IMG/VR virus record: IMGVR_UViG_2684622620_000017
Location: 1-25,267 of that record
Direction: 5' to 3' (one strand)
Origin: a virus
Lineage: Duplodnaviria > Heunggongvirae > Uroviricota > Caudoviricetes
Length of the DNA stretch: 25,267 bases
Part shown: piece after piece, positions 1-9,289 of the stretch
Layout of the letters: the number at the start of each line of letters is the position of its first letter
How positions within the stretch are numbered: the first letter of the stretch is position 1
Program-made: the position numbers and the translations under genes
Notes under the pieces: model-generated
What the model was told of the DNA's origin: nothing
The model's input: only the letters and a program-made list of their open reading frames with translations
Database searches by the model: none

Positions 1-1053
1 TTACGGGGTAATGCCAACCGCTGCCGCCACTTTGTCGCCACTTGGCAGCGTTGCCAGAGGGTTGAAACGGAGCGCCGTTTCCAGATGATCCGGTGCCAGA
101 TGAGCGTAACGCATAGTCATTTTTATATCGTGATGTCCGAGGATTTTTTGCAAAGCAAGGATATTTCCACCCGACATCATGAAATGCGCCGCAAACGTAT
201 GGCGCAGAACGTGTGTCAGTTGACCGCGAGGGAGGACGATAGACGTTTTTTCCATCACGGATAAAAATTGAAAATAGCAGTCTGTGAAGAAATTGAACCC
301 ATCAAGCGCCATGATCTCTTCGTAAAGCTCTTTACTGATAGGGATGCTTCTGTTTTTCTTCCCCTTCGTTCTTACAAAGGTAATTCGGTATTTGGTCACC
401 TGTGAACGAGTAAGATTTACGGCTTCTCGCCAGCGTGCGCCTGTGCTTAAGCATATCTTAACTACCAGTGCCAGAATTGGGTCATGACGTTTGCAATCAG
501 CCAGTAATTCAACAATCTGCTCATGGGTAAGCCATGCCATCTCTTTTTCTGCGATGGTGAATTTTCGCATGTTCTCCAGTGGGTTCGGATACGACCATTC
601 GCCCAGGCGGGATAGTTCGCTAAAAACACTACTTAGATAGCTTTGCTCCAGGTTAATGGTGACCGGGCTTGCTCCTTTCTTCCATTTCTCGCTGAAGTAG
701 ATCTCACCTGTCAGGCGTTTATCTCGATAGTGGGCAAACATTTTAGAGGTTAGATCGGTTGCAAGGGGATTGCCCAGAGCGTCAACCATCAGCAGCAATT
801 TGTCATAGACATGCTGCCCAGCTGTCAGTGATTTACCATGTAGTTTGAACCATAGCTCAACCACGTCTTTCAGTGTTCGACGATCCACTGATTCACCTAG
901 CCAGGGCTTTGCTTCGGTTTCTTCCATCGTGTGACGCTCAAAAGCCAGTGCTTCGCCTTTGGTGGCGAATTGTTTACGCACACGACGTCCACTACGTCCG
1001 GCGGGGTAACATTCGCAAAGCCATTTTCCTGTGGTGAGTTTTCGTACTGCCAT
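1..1053 (-). CDS. int: Phage integrase, tyrosine site-specific recombinase (P2/186 type)
   Basis: 350-aa ORF; C-terminal catalytic region with conserved R...HxxR...Y-type residues (e.g. LRHTFAAH, MRYAHL); GGAGGG RBS upstream of the ATG at 1053; position at the prophage end next to the immunity region. Confidence 0.9.
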   Translation of the reverse strand: MAVRKLTTGKWLCECYPAGRSGRRVRKQFATKGEALAFERHTMEETEAKPWLGESVDRRTLKDVVELWFKLHGKSLTAGQHVYDKLLLMVDALGNPLATDLTSKMFAHYRDKRLTGEIYFSEKWKKGASPVTINLEQSYLSSVFSELSRLGEWSYPNPLENMRKFTIAEKEMAWLTHEQIVELLADCKRHDPILALVVKICLSTGARWREAVNLTRSQVTKYRITFVRTKGKKNRSIPISKELYEEIMALDGFNFFTDCYFQFLSVMEKTSIVLPRGQLTHVLRHTFAAHFMMSGGNILALQKILGHHDIKMTMRYAHLAPDHLETALRFNPLATLPSGDKVAAAVGITP

Positions 1054-1082
1054 AAAAAATGCCCTCCAGTGGAGAGTATTTA

Positions 1083-1102
1083 TACTGTTTTTTTATACAG
1101 TG
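1083..1102. promoter_or_regulatory. LexA-box-like palindrome (TACTGT-N8-ACAGTG) immediately upstream of int
   Basis: Sequence tactgtttttttatacagtg matches the CTGT-N8-ACAG SOS-box core with an AT-rich spacer; lies in the 90-bp gap between the membrane-protein gene stop (1144) and the int start (1053). Confidence 0.35.
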
Positions 1103-1143
1103 TCAATGTATGATGATTGGATAACTATACATATGTTATGTGT

Positions 1144-1824
1144 TTAATGCATTTTAGTTACATCTATGTTTTTATTGATTGTCTCTTTGTTACTGGAAAG
1201 TCTTTGTTCTTTTCTTTTAATGTATAACTCCCAACGAATATTATTCATTATGATAGCGTAGATATTAAAAATAAAAGTCTTTACTACTAACACTAAGTAA
1301 ATAAGGCTAGTCCCTATAACACAGTATCCAAATTTAATAATTAATTCTTTTATCGATTTTGAATATGGAAATAAATCAATTATATTGCCAATTATTCCAT
1401 CTTTTTGACAAAAGAGAATTATTATTAGATAAATGAAAGTAAACGTAATAAATGAGATGAAAACTTTCATAAATGCCATAAAGTTATATTTTAACGTGGG
1501 CATCTGTGTTTTTTTATGTTGTATTGACATCATCTGAAGAAACATCTCGGGTTTGGATAGTGTTGCAAATATTGTGAAACCAGCAATGAGAAAACCTAAG
1601 GTTGTCACTGCAAAGTTAAAACCAATCAAAGCCCAGTTTCTAATGTCAGATACTAAATGAGACATATCCTTCTCAATAAAAAAAGAGTTTGTTAATAAAA
1701 AAATAGATGCTGTGAGCAAAATGCAAATATGGAATGTACTAATAGTAATCCGTTTGCAGAGCAAGTAAACATCCCAAAGGTTTTTCTCTTTGGTTATTTC
1801 TTTAGCATCTATTTTATTTATCAT
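1144..1824 (-). CDS. Hypothetical multi-pass inner-membrane protein (226 aa), distal gene of an AT-rich two-gene cassette; candidate membrane effector
   Basis: Translation shows 4-5 long hydrophobic segments (e.g. ITISTFHICILLTASIFLLTN, WALIGFNFAVTTLGFLIAGFTIFATL, FMAFMKVFISFITFTFIYLIIILF); AT-rich codon usage unlike flanking phage genes; start overlaps the stop of the upstream ORF (ATGA at 1821-1824). Confidence 0.7.
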   Translation of the reverse strand: MINKIDAKEITKEKNLWDVYLLCKRITISTFHICILLTASIFLLTNSFFIEKDMSHLVSDIRNWALIGFNFAVTTLGFLIAGFTIFATLSKPEMFLQMMSIQHKKTQMPTLKYNFMAFMKVFISFITFTFIYLIIILFCQKDGIIGNIIDLFPYSKSIKELIIKFGYCVIGTSLIYLVLVVKTFIFNIYAIIMNNIRWELYIKRKEQRLSSNKETINKNIDVTKMH

Positions 1825-2849
1825 CGACCAAACCTTTCATATATATTGCTAATAATTCTAATCGTCTTTTGTGAAAGAGAACGGGGTAGAGATATCTTAC
1901 CTTCTTCTACAAGATTTTCATACCGCTCATAACTTTCATTTGCAGCTACTACCGTATCCTTTGATAATTCATTCATCTCACTTAACAAAACAAAGTCATC
2001 ATTGCTACCTTTGATTATATCACCATTGTCATCATATCCTTTAATATTTATTCCTGAATTAGCCAATCTGGTTGCTGATGTGAGTTGTTCTAAAACAGCA
2101 CCATGATTCAAGCCTGAATCGGTGTTTGAAAAGCGAATAGATGTAGAAATACTTCCCATTTCGTCTCCGGCACTTTCAAGTGACTCCCAAAATTCGTCGT
2201 TATCAATTTCTTCTTGATTTGTAGGGAGAAGTTTTACTGAGACATTTTGGATTTTATTAAAATTATCAATAAATTGCTCTAGGCTTTGTTTGTCAGTTAA
2301 CGGCGTTATTCTTAGCTTCGGGCGTTTGATTTCGTTCCGTAAGCTTTTTTTAGTGACTCGAGGTAAGTCAGGGTTTTCTTTGCGTTCTTCTTGTGCGGTT
2401 TCGTATAAATGAGATATGTATTTTTCATATTCTATGTTTAAGAAACACTGACTTGTTGACTGAAAGTTTTGAATTGTGGGAGCACCACTAACTTCCTTGC
2501 AAAGAATTAATCTGTGAGTGTTTAATATTAGAAGAAAGAAAGAGCTCGGGGCTGTTTCAAGCTCTTTATGATCTTCAACCAAATCAGCACCATCAAATAC
2601 TTGTTCTCTGGTTAATAATGTATTCTTAATAATCCGACCTTTAATTCCGAGTACTGGGGGTGTTGCTTCTTCGTCAAGTATGACGCATTCAGTATCAATG
2701 AAAAAGAACTCTGATTTGTCAGATATTCTGCGGATGTTTGCCATCTCCAAAAAAGAGGGGAAAACAATTTCATCATAATAGTCTAGCAAAACATCATCAC
2801 CAAAACGGAGAGTATAATTTCCAAATTCGAGTTTTTTTATAAAATCCAT
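1821..2849 (-). CDS. Hypothetical soluble protein (342 aa), proximal gene of the AT-rich two-gene cassette; no family recognised
   Basis: Long AT-rich ORF; GAGG RBS about 8 nt upstream of the ATG at 2849; starts 15 nt downstream of the cI stop; no P-loop or other motif I can identify by eye. Confidence 0.7.
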   Translation of the reverse strand: MDFIKKLEFGNYTLRFGDDVLLDYYDEIVFPSFLEMANIRRISDKSEFFFIDTECVILDEEATPPVLGIKGRIIKNTLLTREQVFDGADLVEDHKELETAPSSFFLLILNTHRLILCKEVSGAPTIQNFQSTSQCFLNIEYEKYISHLYETAQEERKENPDLPRVTKKSLRNEIKRPKLRITPLTDKQSLEQFIDNFNKIQNVSVKLLPTNQEEIDNDEFWESLESAGDEMGSISTSIRFSNTDSGLNHGAVLEQLTSATRLANSGINIKGYDDNGDIIKGSNDDFVLLSEMNELSKDTVVAANESYERYENLVEEGKISLPRSLSQKTIRIISNIYERFGR

Positions 2850-2864
2850 TACTATGCCTCAAGA

Positions 2865-3743
2865 TTAAATAGTACGGTACTGTGAGAAAATTTTGGCAAC
2901 TAATTTTATATCTTCTTTTTCACAATCAAATGTTAAATCATCGTCTGTTACTCGAAGATTGCCTCCAGGTAATAGAAAAATTTGTTTTAACTTGAAATTA
3001 TTTTGGTATTGAACAATCCATCTTCCGTCTTCAACATTAGCTTTATTCATGTGTGCAATATTTATGCAATGTTCGTCTTCAATTGCGAGTAAATCATTAA
3101 AATGAGGAAGCAGGGACTTATCTATCAATAAATGACCAGCATCGAAAATTTGATTGTCAATAAGTTTTACTTTAGGAATTTCTAAAGCTTCACTTTCTTC
3201 GCTTCCAAGTTTTTGCCCGCGCCCAGTTGCTAACCATAAAAGAGAAGTTCTTGTTTCCAACGAGCATCTTATGATCCAGTCAGCTGGGAATGTGTCTCGC
3301 AAGTATCTATTCGCCATTGTGCTTTTAGACACATTCAAATGGTCGGCAAGTTCTTGTCTTGTTTTAAAGCCATACGCTTCCATTAGCCTGTTTATCGCAT
3401 TACGTCCACCTGAATCCAGATTTGGATGGTTCACAATTGGGTTCTCGTTGGTGGTGGCTTTGGGAACATATTGAACCAATGATGCTGGTTCCTCTAATTT
3501 AGCGGGAACTTCGGTATTCTTAGGAAATGGCACGCCTTTTCCGAATGAGAGCCACTCTATAGATGCTCCTGTTTCAATTGCACACTGAATTACCCAGTCA
3601 GCAGGAAATGCGTCACGCATCCAGCGCGTTCCCATAGTACTTGCAGATACATTGAACTGTTCACATAGGGCTTGCCGCGTCTTGAATCCATACGCTTCAA
3701 GCATGCGCGTTATGACTGCCTGTCCTCCGTTTTTGAAATTCAT
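2865..3743 (-). CDS. cI: 186-type CI immunity repressor with a tandem-duplicated N-terminal DNA-binding domain plus C-terminal domain; no LexA-like peptidase domain evident
   Basis: Two internally homologous segments (RMLEAYGFKTRQALCEQFNVSASTMGTRWMRDAFPADWVIQCAIETGASIEWL and RLMEAYGFKTRQELADHLNVSKSTMANRYLRDTFPADWIIRCSLETRTSLLWL) of the phage CI-repressor DNA-binding type. The maximal ORF begins at a GTG at 3776, but the first ATG (3743) has a better context and the GTG overlaps the putative rightward promoter, so 3743 is used. Confidence 0.8.
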   Translation of the reverse strand: MNFKNGGQAVITRMLEAYGFKTRQALCEQFNVSASTMGTRWMRDAFPADWVIQCAIETGASIEWLSFGKGVPFPKNTEVPAKLEEPASLVQYVPKATTNENPIVNHPNLDSGGRNAINRLMEAYGFKTRQELADHLNVSKSTMANRYLRDTFPADWIIRCSLETRTSLLWLATGRGQKLGSEESEALEIPKVKLIDNQIFDAGHLLIDKSLLPHFNDLLAIEDEHCINIAHMNKANVEDGRWIVQYQNNFKLKQIFLLPGGNLRVTDDDLTFDCEKEDIKLVAKIFSQYRTI

Positions 3744-3769
3744 CTGGTACGCCTTTGAGTAATATTGAG

Positions 3770-3798
3770 TTGACACTTCTCAAATGAAGAATTAATGT
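3770..3798 (+). promoter_or_regulatory. Candidate rightward early (lytic, pR-like) sigma70 promoter in the cI/apl switch region
   Basis: TTGACA at 3770-3775, 17-nt spacer, TAATGT at 3793-3798 (or ATTAAT with 15-nt spacer); repeated TTGAC motifs nearby could be operator half-sites; located between the divergent cI and apl-like genes. Confidence 0.4.
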
Positions 3799-3868
3799 GT
3801 GCGAAAGTGAACTTGACGGTGTTAATCACCAGTTACCACACATCATGTTAATCGAGGAATCTTGCATC

Positions 3869-4090
3869 ATGACTCCACATATTTCAATCACCTTAGCTGT
3901 TCCATCTGTTTCTATTGAGAAATACAGCGAACTGACTGGCTTATCTATCGACACCATCAATGACATGCTGGCTGATGGACGTCTTATTCGCCATCGTCTC
4001 CGGAAGGACAAAAAAAGAGAAAAGGTAATGATCAACCTTGCTGCTCTTACCGTTGATGCACTTACTGATTGCAATGTTGTATTCAACTAG
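3869..4090 (+). CDS. Apl/Cox-like small HTH protein (excisionase / lytic-promoter repressor type)
   Basis: 73-aa ORF directly downstream of the candidate pR and divergent from cI; sequence ([24 protein letters not shown]) looks like a helix-turn-helix; start could alternatively be the ATG at 3845. Confidence 0.55.
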   Translation: MTPHISITLAVPSVSIEKYSELTGLSIDTINDMLADGRLIRHRLRKDKKREKVMINLAALTVDALTDCNVVFN

Positions 4091-4122
4091 TTCCATTTTG
4101 GGATATATCAGGGGTGTCGACT

Positions 4123-4632
4123 ATGTTTGATTACCAAGTTTCCAAACATCCACATTTTGATGAAGCCTGTCGTGCATTCGCGTTGCGCCACAACCTGGTG
4201 CAACTGGCAGAACGTGCAGGCATGAATGTGCAGATTCTGCGGAACAAGCTGAACCCAGCTCAACCTCATTTATTAACCGCACCAGACATCTGGCTGCTTA
4301 CCGATCTGACTGAGGATTCAACGCTGGTAGATGGTTTTCTGGCACAGATTCATTGTCTGCCATGTGTACCAATTAATGAGGTGGCAAAAGAGAAACTGCC
4401 ACATTACGTCATGAGTGCAACCGCAGAGATCGGGCGTGTTGCTGCAGGTGCGGTATCTGGCGATGTAAAAACCAGTGCAGGTCGTCGTGATGCTATCAGC
4501 AGCATTAACTCTGTAACACGACTGATGGCGCTGGCTGCTGTTTCATTGCAGGCCCGTTTACAGGCTAATCCTGCGATGGCGAGCGCAGTTGATACCGTGA
4601 CTGGCCTCGGTGCTTCATTCGGTTTGCTGTGA
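4123..4632 (+). CDS. cII: CII-like lysogeny-establishment transcription factor (186 CII type)
   Basis: 169-aa ORF, the same length as phage 186 CII as I recall it, in the position expected after apl; the homology itself is not verified here; start chosen at the ATG at 4123. Confidence 0.65.
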   Translation: MFDYQVSKHPHFDEACRAFALRHNLVQLAERAGMNVQILRNKLNPAQPHLLTAPDIWLLTDLTEDSTLVDGFLAQIHCLPCVPINEVAKEKLPHYVMSATAEIGRVAAGAVSGDVKTSAGRRDAISSINSVTRLMALAAVSLQARLQANPAMASAVDTVTGLGASFGLL

Positions 4633-4639
4633 GGTGCTT

Positions 4640-4840
4640 ATGCTTACGAAAGAACCATCATTTGCATCGCTGCTGGTAAAGCAAAGCCCGGCAATGCACT
4701 ACGGTCACGGCTGGATCATGGGTGAGGATGGTAAACGCTGGCATCCATGCCGTTCACAAGATGAATTGCTGGCAGAACTATCTACGAAAAAACGGGGGAA
4801 CAAATGGCTATTAATGGCGCTGCAGCAACTGTTCCATTAA
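4640..4840 (+). CDS. Small hypothetical early protein (66 aa) in the position of 186 fil
   Basis: ORF with GAGGTG RBS upstream of the ATG at 4640; function not recognisable from sequence. Confidence 0.45.
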   Translation: MLTKEPSFASLLVKQSPAMHYGHGWIMGEDGKRWHPCRSQDELLAELSTKKRGNKWLLMALQQLFH

Positions 4841-5145
4841 GCCCCGGTGAACGCCTGAATGGACTTAATCACATTGCGGAGTTAAGGGCGAAAGTTTTTG
4901 GCCTGAATATTGAGTCAGAGCTTGAGCGGTTTATTAAAGATATGCGTGATCCACGGGATATCAATAATGAACAAAATAAACGGGCACTGGCTGCCATATT
5001 CTTTATGGCAAAAATTCCAGCTGAACGTCATAGCATCAGCATTAATGAGCTGACCACTGACGAAAAGCGGGAGCTGATTAAAGCAATGAATCATTTTCGT
5101 GCAGTGGTGAGCTTATTTCCCAGACGGCTAACCATGCCGAATTAA
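4804..5145 (+). CDS. Hypothetical early-region protein (113 aa)
   Basis: ORF with G-rich RBS upstream of the ATG at 4804; overlaps the end of the previous ORF; no motif recognised. Confidence 0.55.
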   Translation: MAINGAAATVPLSPGERLNGLNHIAELRAKVFGLNIESELERFIKDMRDPRDINNEQNKRALAAIFFMAKIPAERHSISINELTTDEKRELIKAMNHFRAVVSLFPRRLTMPN

Positions 5146-5212
5146 CCAACTAATGAAATTAATGGCGTAAACCCGCCGGGCATCCCTTTATCTAAATTCA
5201 GGAGAATTGATT

Positions 5213-5446
5213 ATGCGTAATATTGATACCCTCACGACTAAAACCGGACCGGATGACGCAGGGCTTAATATTTTACTGACAGAGGCTCGTCTGGAAGAAC
5301 GCCGGGCAAGGGCTGAAGCAATGGCAGCTCGCCTTGATCGCCTGGCGTGTCATATCACATCCCGCCAGTTAAACCACGTCGAAGCGGCAGAACTGCTGCG
5401 TGTGACTGCTGAAGCAATCCAGAACGAAGCGCAGGAGATCCACTGA
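5213..5446 (+). CDS. Hypothetical early-region protein (77 aa)
   Basis: GGAGA RBS 7 nt upstream of the ATG at 5213; stop overlaps the start of the downstream zinc-finger gene (TGATG). Confidence 0.55.
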   Translation: MRNIDTLTTKTGPDDAGLNILLTEARLEERRARAEAMAARLDRLACHITSRQLNHVEAAELLRVTAEAIQNEAQEIH

Positions 5447-5673
5447 TGGCTGATGCAATGGATCTCGTCCAGCAGCGCGTTGAAGAAGAACGCCAACGTC
5501 ATATCCGTGCTGCCCGTGCCAAAACGCCGGGCGTGTCCCGCGTGCTTTGCGTTGAGTGTGAAGCGCCAATTCCGCCAGCACGCCGTCGTGCCATTCCGGG
5601 TGTGCAGCTTTGCATTACCTGTCAGGAAATCGCAGAGCTGAAAGGCAAACATTACAACGGAGGTGCTGTATGA
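5446..5673 (+). CDS. TraR/DksA-family C4 zinc-finger protein
   Basis: 75-aa protein with CVEC-x17-CITC (C-x2-C...C-x2-C) arrangement typical of phage TraR/DksA-like zinc fingers; translationally coupled to neighbours. Confidence 0.75.
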   Translation: MADAMDLVQQRVEEERQRHIRAARAKTPGVSRVLCVECEAPIPPARRRAIPGVQLCITCQEIAELKGKHYNGGAV

Positions 5674-6527
5674 GCACCATCCTGAAATGGGCGGGAAATA
5701 AAACCGCCATAATGTCCGAACTGAAAAAGCATCTTCCTGCTGGCCCACGACTGGTTGAACCTTTCGCGGGTTCCTGTGCAGTGATGATGGAGACGGATTA
5801 CCCCAGCTATCTTGTTGCGGATATTAATCCTGATTTAATCAACCTCTATAAAAAGGTTGCTGCTGATTGTGAGGCGTTTATATCTCGTGCCAGAGCTTTA
5901 TTTGAGGAAGCAAACAGGGAGGTGGCTTATTACAACATAAGGCAGGAGTTTAATTACTCCACTGAAATTACTGATTTCATGAAAGCGGTATATTTTCTGT
6001 ATCTCAATCGTCATGGTTACCGTGGGTTATGTCGCTATAACAAGAGCGGGTATTTCAACATTCCCTACGGTAATTATAAAAATCCGTATTTCCCTGAAAA
6101 AGAAATTCGCGCATTTGCAGAGAAAGCCCAGCGGGCAACGTTTATCTGCGCCAGCTTTGATGAAACGCTGGCGATGTTGAAGGCGGGGGATGTGGTGTAT
6201 TGCGATCCGCCGTATGACGGTACGTTTTCCGGCTATCACACTGATGGTTTCACTGAAGATGACCAGTATCACCTGGCATCCGTTCTTGAACATCGGTCAT
6301 CAGAAGGACATCCGGTCATTGTTTCTAACAGTGACACATCCCTGATCCGTTCGCTGTATCGCAATTTTACTCACCACTACATCAAGGCAAAACGCAGCAT
6401 CGGTGTGGCAGCTGGTGATAGTAAATCTGCAACAGAAATCATTGCTGTTTCCGGGGCGCGCTGCTGGGTGGGATTTGATCCTTCGCGTGGCGTAGATAGT
6501 TCTGCTGTGTACGAGGTGCGTGTATGA
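5670..6527 (+). CDS. Dam-like N6-adenine DNA methyltransferase (orphan, no cognate endonuclease in window)
   Basis: N-terminal AdoMet-binding-like motif (LKWAGNK...VEPFAGS) and catalytic DPPY motif ([11 protein letters not shown]); GGAGGTG RBS upstream of the ATG at 5670, which overlaps the upstream stop. Confidence 0.8.
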   Translation: MSTILKWAGNKTAIMSELKKHLPAGPRLVEPFAGSCAVMMETDYPSYLVADINPDLINLYKKVAADCEAFISRARALFEEANREVAYYNIRQEFNYSTEITDFMKAVYFLYLNRHGYRGLCRYNKSGYFNIPYGNYKNPYFPEKEIRAFAEKAQRATFICASFDETLAMLKAGDVVYCDPPYDGTFSGYHTDGFTEDDQYHLASVLEHRSSEGHPVIVSNSDTSLIRSLYRNFTHHYIKAKRSIGVAAGDSKSATEIIAVSGARCWVGFDPSRGVDSSAVYEVRV

Positions 6528-8938
6528 GTCATGACGATATGAGCAACTCTAGCGGCTTTAACGAGGCCGCTGCATCATTTTCATGGAACGGCCCGAAAAA
6601 GGCCATTAACCCTTATCTGGACCCGGCGGAATTTGCGCCGGAGTCTGCACTTTCAAACCTGATCACTCTGTATGCTGCCGATAACGAGCAGGAACAACTG
6701 CGCCGCGAGGCACTGAGTGAGCAGGTCTGGGAGCGTTATTTCTTTAATGAATCCCGTGATCCTGTCCAGCGCGAAATGGAGCAGGATAAGCTCATTAGCC
6801 GGGCAAAGCTGGCGCATGAGCAGCAGCGTTTTAATCCAGACATGGTCATTCTGGCTGACGTCAACGCCCAGCCTTCCCATATCAGCAAGCCGCTGATGCA
6901 ACGTATTGAATACTTCAGCAGTCTGGGCAGGCCAAAGGCTTATTCCCGCTATTTGCGTGAGACGATTAAGCCATGTCTGGAACGACTGGAGCATGTACGC
7001 GACAGTCAGCTATCCACTTCTTTTCGCTTTATGGCAAGCCATGAAGGGCTGGACGGCCTGCTGATCCTGCCTGAAATGAGTCAGGATCAGGTGAAACGCC
7101 TGTCTACCCTTGTCGCTGCGCATATGAGCATGTGTCTTGATGCCGCTTGTGGTGATTTGTACGCCACCGATGATGTTAAGCCAGAAGAAATCCGCAAGAC
7201 ATGGGAAAAGGTGGCAGCGGAAACCCTACGTTTGGATGTCATCCCGCCTGCGTTTGAGCAACTCCGTCGGAAAAGAAACCGCCGTAAACCCGTGCCCTAT
7301 GAACTCATTCCGGGCTCGCTGGCGCGTATGCTGTGCGCCGACTGGTGGTATCGGAAATTGTGGAAGATGCGTTGCGAATGGCGGGAAGAGCAGTTGCGTG
7401 CTGTCTGCCTGGTCAGCAAAAAAGCATCTCCCTATGTCAGCTATGAAGCTGTGATGCATAAACGTGAGCAGTGCCGTAAGTCGCTGGAGTTTTTCCGTTC
7501 TCATGAACTGGTGAACGAAGACGGAGACGCGCTGGATATGGAAGATGTGGTAAACGCCAGCTGCAGCAACCCGGCGCATCGCCGCAATGAGATGATGGCC
7601 TGTGTTAAAGGTCTGGAGCTTATCGCGGAAATGCGCGGTGACTGCGCCGTTTTCTACACCATTACCTGTCCGTCACGTTTCCATTCCACGCTCAATAACG
7701 GCAGACCCAATCCGACCTGGAAAAACGCGACGGTAAGACAAAGCAGCGATTATCTGGTCGGTATGTTTGCTGCATTTCGTAAGGCGATGCACAAAGCCGG
7801 GTTGCGCTGGTATGGCGTGCGGGTGGCTGAGCCGCATCACGACGGCACAGTTCACTGGCACCTGTTGTGTTTCATGCGCAAAAAAGACCGCCGCGCCATT
7901 ACTGCATTGTTGCGTAAGTTTGCTATCCGTGAAGACCGCGAGGAGCTGGGCAATAACACGGGGCCGCGCTTTAAGTCTGAGCTGATTAACCCGCGCAAAG
8001 GAACGCCGACAAGCTACATAGCGAAATACATCAGTAAGAACATTGACGGGCGTGGTCTGGCTGGCGAGATCAGCAAGGAAACGGGTAAATCCCTGCGTGA
8101 TAACGCTGAATACGTGAATGCCTGGGCGTCTTTGCATCGTGTTCAGCAATTCCGCTTCTTTGGTATTCCGGGGCGTCAGGCTTACCGTGAACTGCGATTG
8201 CTGGCTGGTCAGGCGGCAAGGCAGCAGGGTGACAAAAAAGCAGGTGTGCCGGTACTGGATAACCCGCGCCTTGATGCCATTCTGGCTGCTGCTGATGCTG
8301 GTTGTTTTGCCACCTATATCATGAAGCAGGGAGGTGTACTGGTTCCCCGTAAATATCACCTCATCAGAACTGCTTATGAAATTAACGAAGAGCCGACCGC
8401 CTATGGCGATCACGGTATTCGTATTTATGGCATCTGGTCACCCATTGCAGAGGGCAAGATCTGCACTCATGCAGTGAAGTGGAAAATGGTTCGTAAGGCC
8501 GTTGACGTTCAGGAGGCGGTAGCCGACCAGAGCGCTTGCGCCCCTTGGACTCGTGGCAATAACTGTCCCCTTGCTGAAAATTTGAACCAACAAGGGAAAG
8601 ACAAATCAGCTGATGGGGACTCCAGAACGGATATTACCCGTATGAATGACAAGGAGTTGCACGATTACCTGCACAGTATGAGCAAAAAAGAGCGCCGGGA
8701 ACTGGCTGCAAGGTTACGCCAGGTGAAACCGAAACGGCGTAAAGACTACAAACAGCGAATTACAGACCATCAGCGACAGCAGCTCGTCTATGAACTGAAG
8801 TCCAGGGGATTTGATGGCAGCGAGAAAGAAGTCGATTTGCTCCTTCGCGGCGGCAGTATTCCGTCAGGAGCAGGCCTGCGTATCTTCTATCGGAACCAGC
8901 GTCTGAAGGAAGATGATAAGTGGCGGAACCTGTATTAA
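6524..8938 (+). CDS. A: Replication initiation protein A (rolling-circle nicking endonuclease, P2 gpA type)
   Basis: 804-aa ORF; HUH-like motif (TVHWHLL) and paired active-site tyrosines (YIAKYISK) typical of P2 A protein; position after the early operon. Confidence 0.9.
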   Translation: MSHDDMSNSSGFNEAAASFSWNGPKKAINPYLDPAEFAPESALSNLITLYAADNEQEQLRREALSEQVWERYFFNESRDPVQREMEQDKLISRAKLAHEQQRFNPDMVILADVNAQPSHISKPLMQRIEYFSSLGRPKAYSRYLRETIKPCLERLEHVRDSQLSTSFRFMASHEGLDGLLILPEMSQDQVKRLSTLVAAHMSMCLDAACGDLYATDDVKPEEIRKTWEKVAAETLRLDVIPPAFEQLRRKRNRRKPVPYELIPGSLARMLCADWWYRKLWKMRCEWREEQLRAVCLVSKKASPYVSYEAVMHKREQCRKSLEFFRSHELVNEDGDALDMEDVVNASCSNPAHRRNEMMACVKGLELIAEMRGDCAVFYTITCPSRFHSTLNNGRPNPTWKNATVRQSSDYLVGMFAAFRKAMHKAGLRWYGVRVAEPHHDGTVHWHLLCFMRKKDRRAITALLRKFAIREDREELGNNTGPRFKSELINPRKGTPTSYIAKYISKNIDGRGLAGEISKETGKSLRDNAEYVNAWASLHRVQQFRFFGIPGRQAYRELRLLAGQAARQQGDKKAGVPVLDNPRLDAILAAADAGCFATYIMKQGGVLVPRKYHLIRTAYEINEEPTAYGDHGIRIYGIWSPIAEGKICTHAVKWKMVRKAVDVQEAVADQSACAPWTRGNNCPLAENLNQQGKDKSADGDSRTDITRMNDKELHDYLHSMSKKERRELAARLRQVKPKRRKDYKQRITDHQRQQLVYELKSRGFDGSEKEVDLLLRGGSIPSGAGLRIFYRNQRLKEDDKWRNLY

Positions 8939-9030
8939 TTACGCGGGTTAACAATTCGTGCTCTTAATAATACCAGGCATATCAGGCCGATGAACGTAAA
9001 AAAACGTTTTACATCAGTAAGATTATTATA

Positions 9031-9050
9031 TACTGTAAATATAAACAGTG
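9031..9050. promoter_or_regulatory. LexA (SOS) box within the promoter region of the small-ORF/DinI-like operon
   Basis: tactgtaaatataaacagtg matches the CTGT-N8-ACAG palindrome with an AT-rich spacer; located about 40 bp upstream of a strong RBS (AGGAGG) and the ATG at 9091. Confidence 0.55.
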
Positions 9051-9090
9051 GTTATGTATACAGTATTGTTTTGGTGTCATAGGAGGAAAG

Positions 9091-9279
9091 ATGCAGGACT
9101 ATTTTTTGGAGTCTTTGAAGCTCCAGCGCATTGATTTTTTTCTTAAGCTTGTAGCGGCTAGTGAGTGTAGTGATGAAGAGAAGGGGCTGGCTCTGCAGTG
9201 GGTTTCTGAATTGACAGATGAACTCATGGCAAAAATCAGAAGCCACGAATACAACCGCTCAATGGATGTCATCAGCTGA
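9091..9279 (+). CDS. Small protein (62 aa) in an SOS-controlled operon; candidate Tum-like antirepressor (by position only)
   Basis: AGGAGG RBS 5 nt upstream of the ATG; LexA box upstream; followed 10 nt later by the DinI-like gene. In phage 186 the LexA-controlled operon at this genomic position encodes the antirepressor Tum; homology not verified. Confidence 0.5.
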   Translation: MQDYFLESLKLQRIDFFLKLVAASECSDEEKGLALQWVSELTDELMAKIRSHEYNRSMDVIS

Positions 9280-9289
9280 GGTGACTTTT

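Noticed and set aside
3154-3474. 106-aa plus-strand ORF inside the cI gene
   Set aside because: Antisense to the repressor gene, which has a clear internally duplicated domain structure in the minus frame; no start context.
3744-3776. GTG-initiated 11-codon N-terminal extension of CI (maximal ORF start at 3776)
   Set aside because: No RBS upstream of the GTG and it overlaps the candidate rightward promoter -35; the first ATG at 3743 has a better context. Kept as an alternative start only.
7673-8413. 246-aa minus-strand ORF inside replication gene A (plus 6653-6994, 7226-7579)
   Set aside because: Antisense shadow ORFs within the A coding region; A has clear catalytic motifs in the plus frame.
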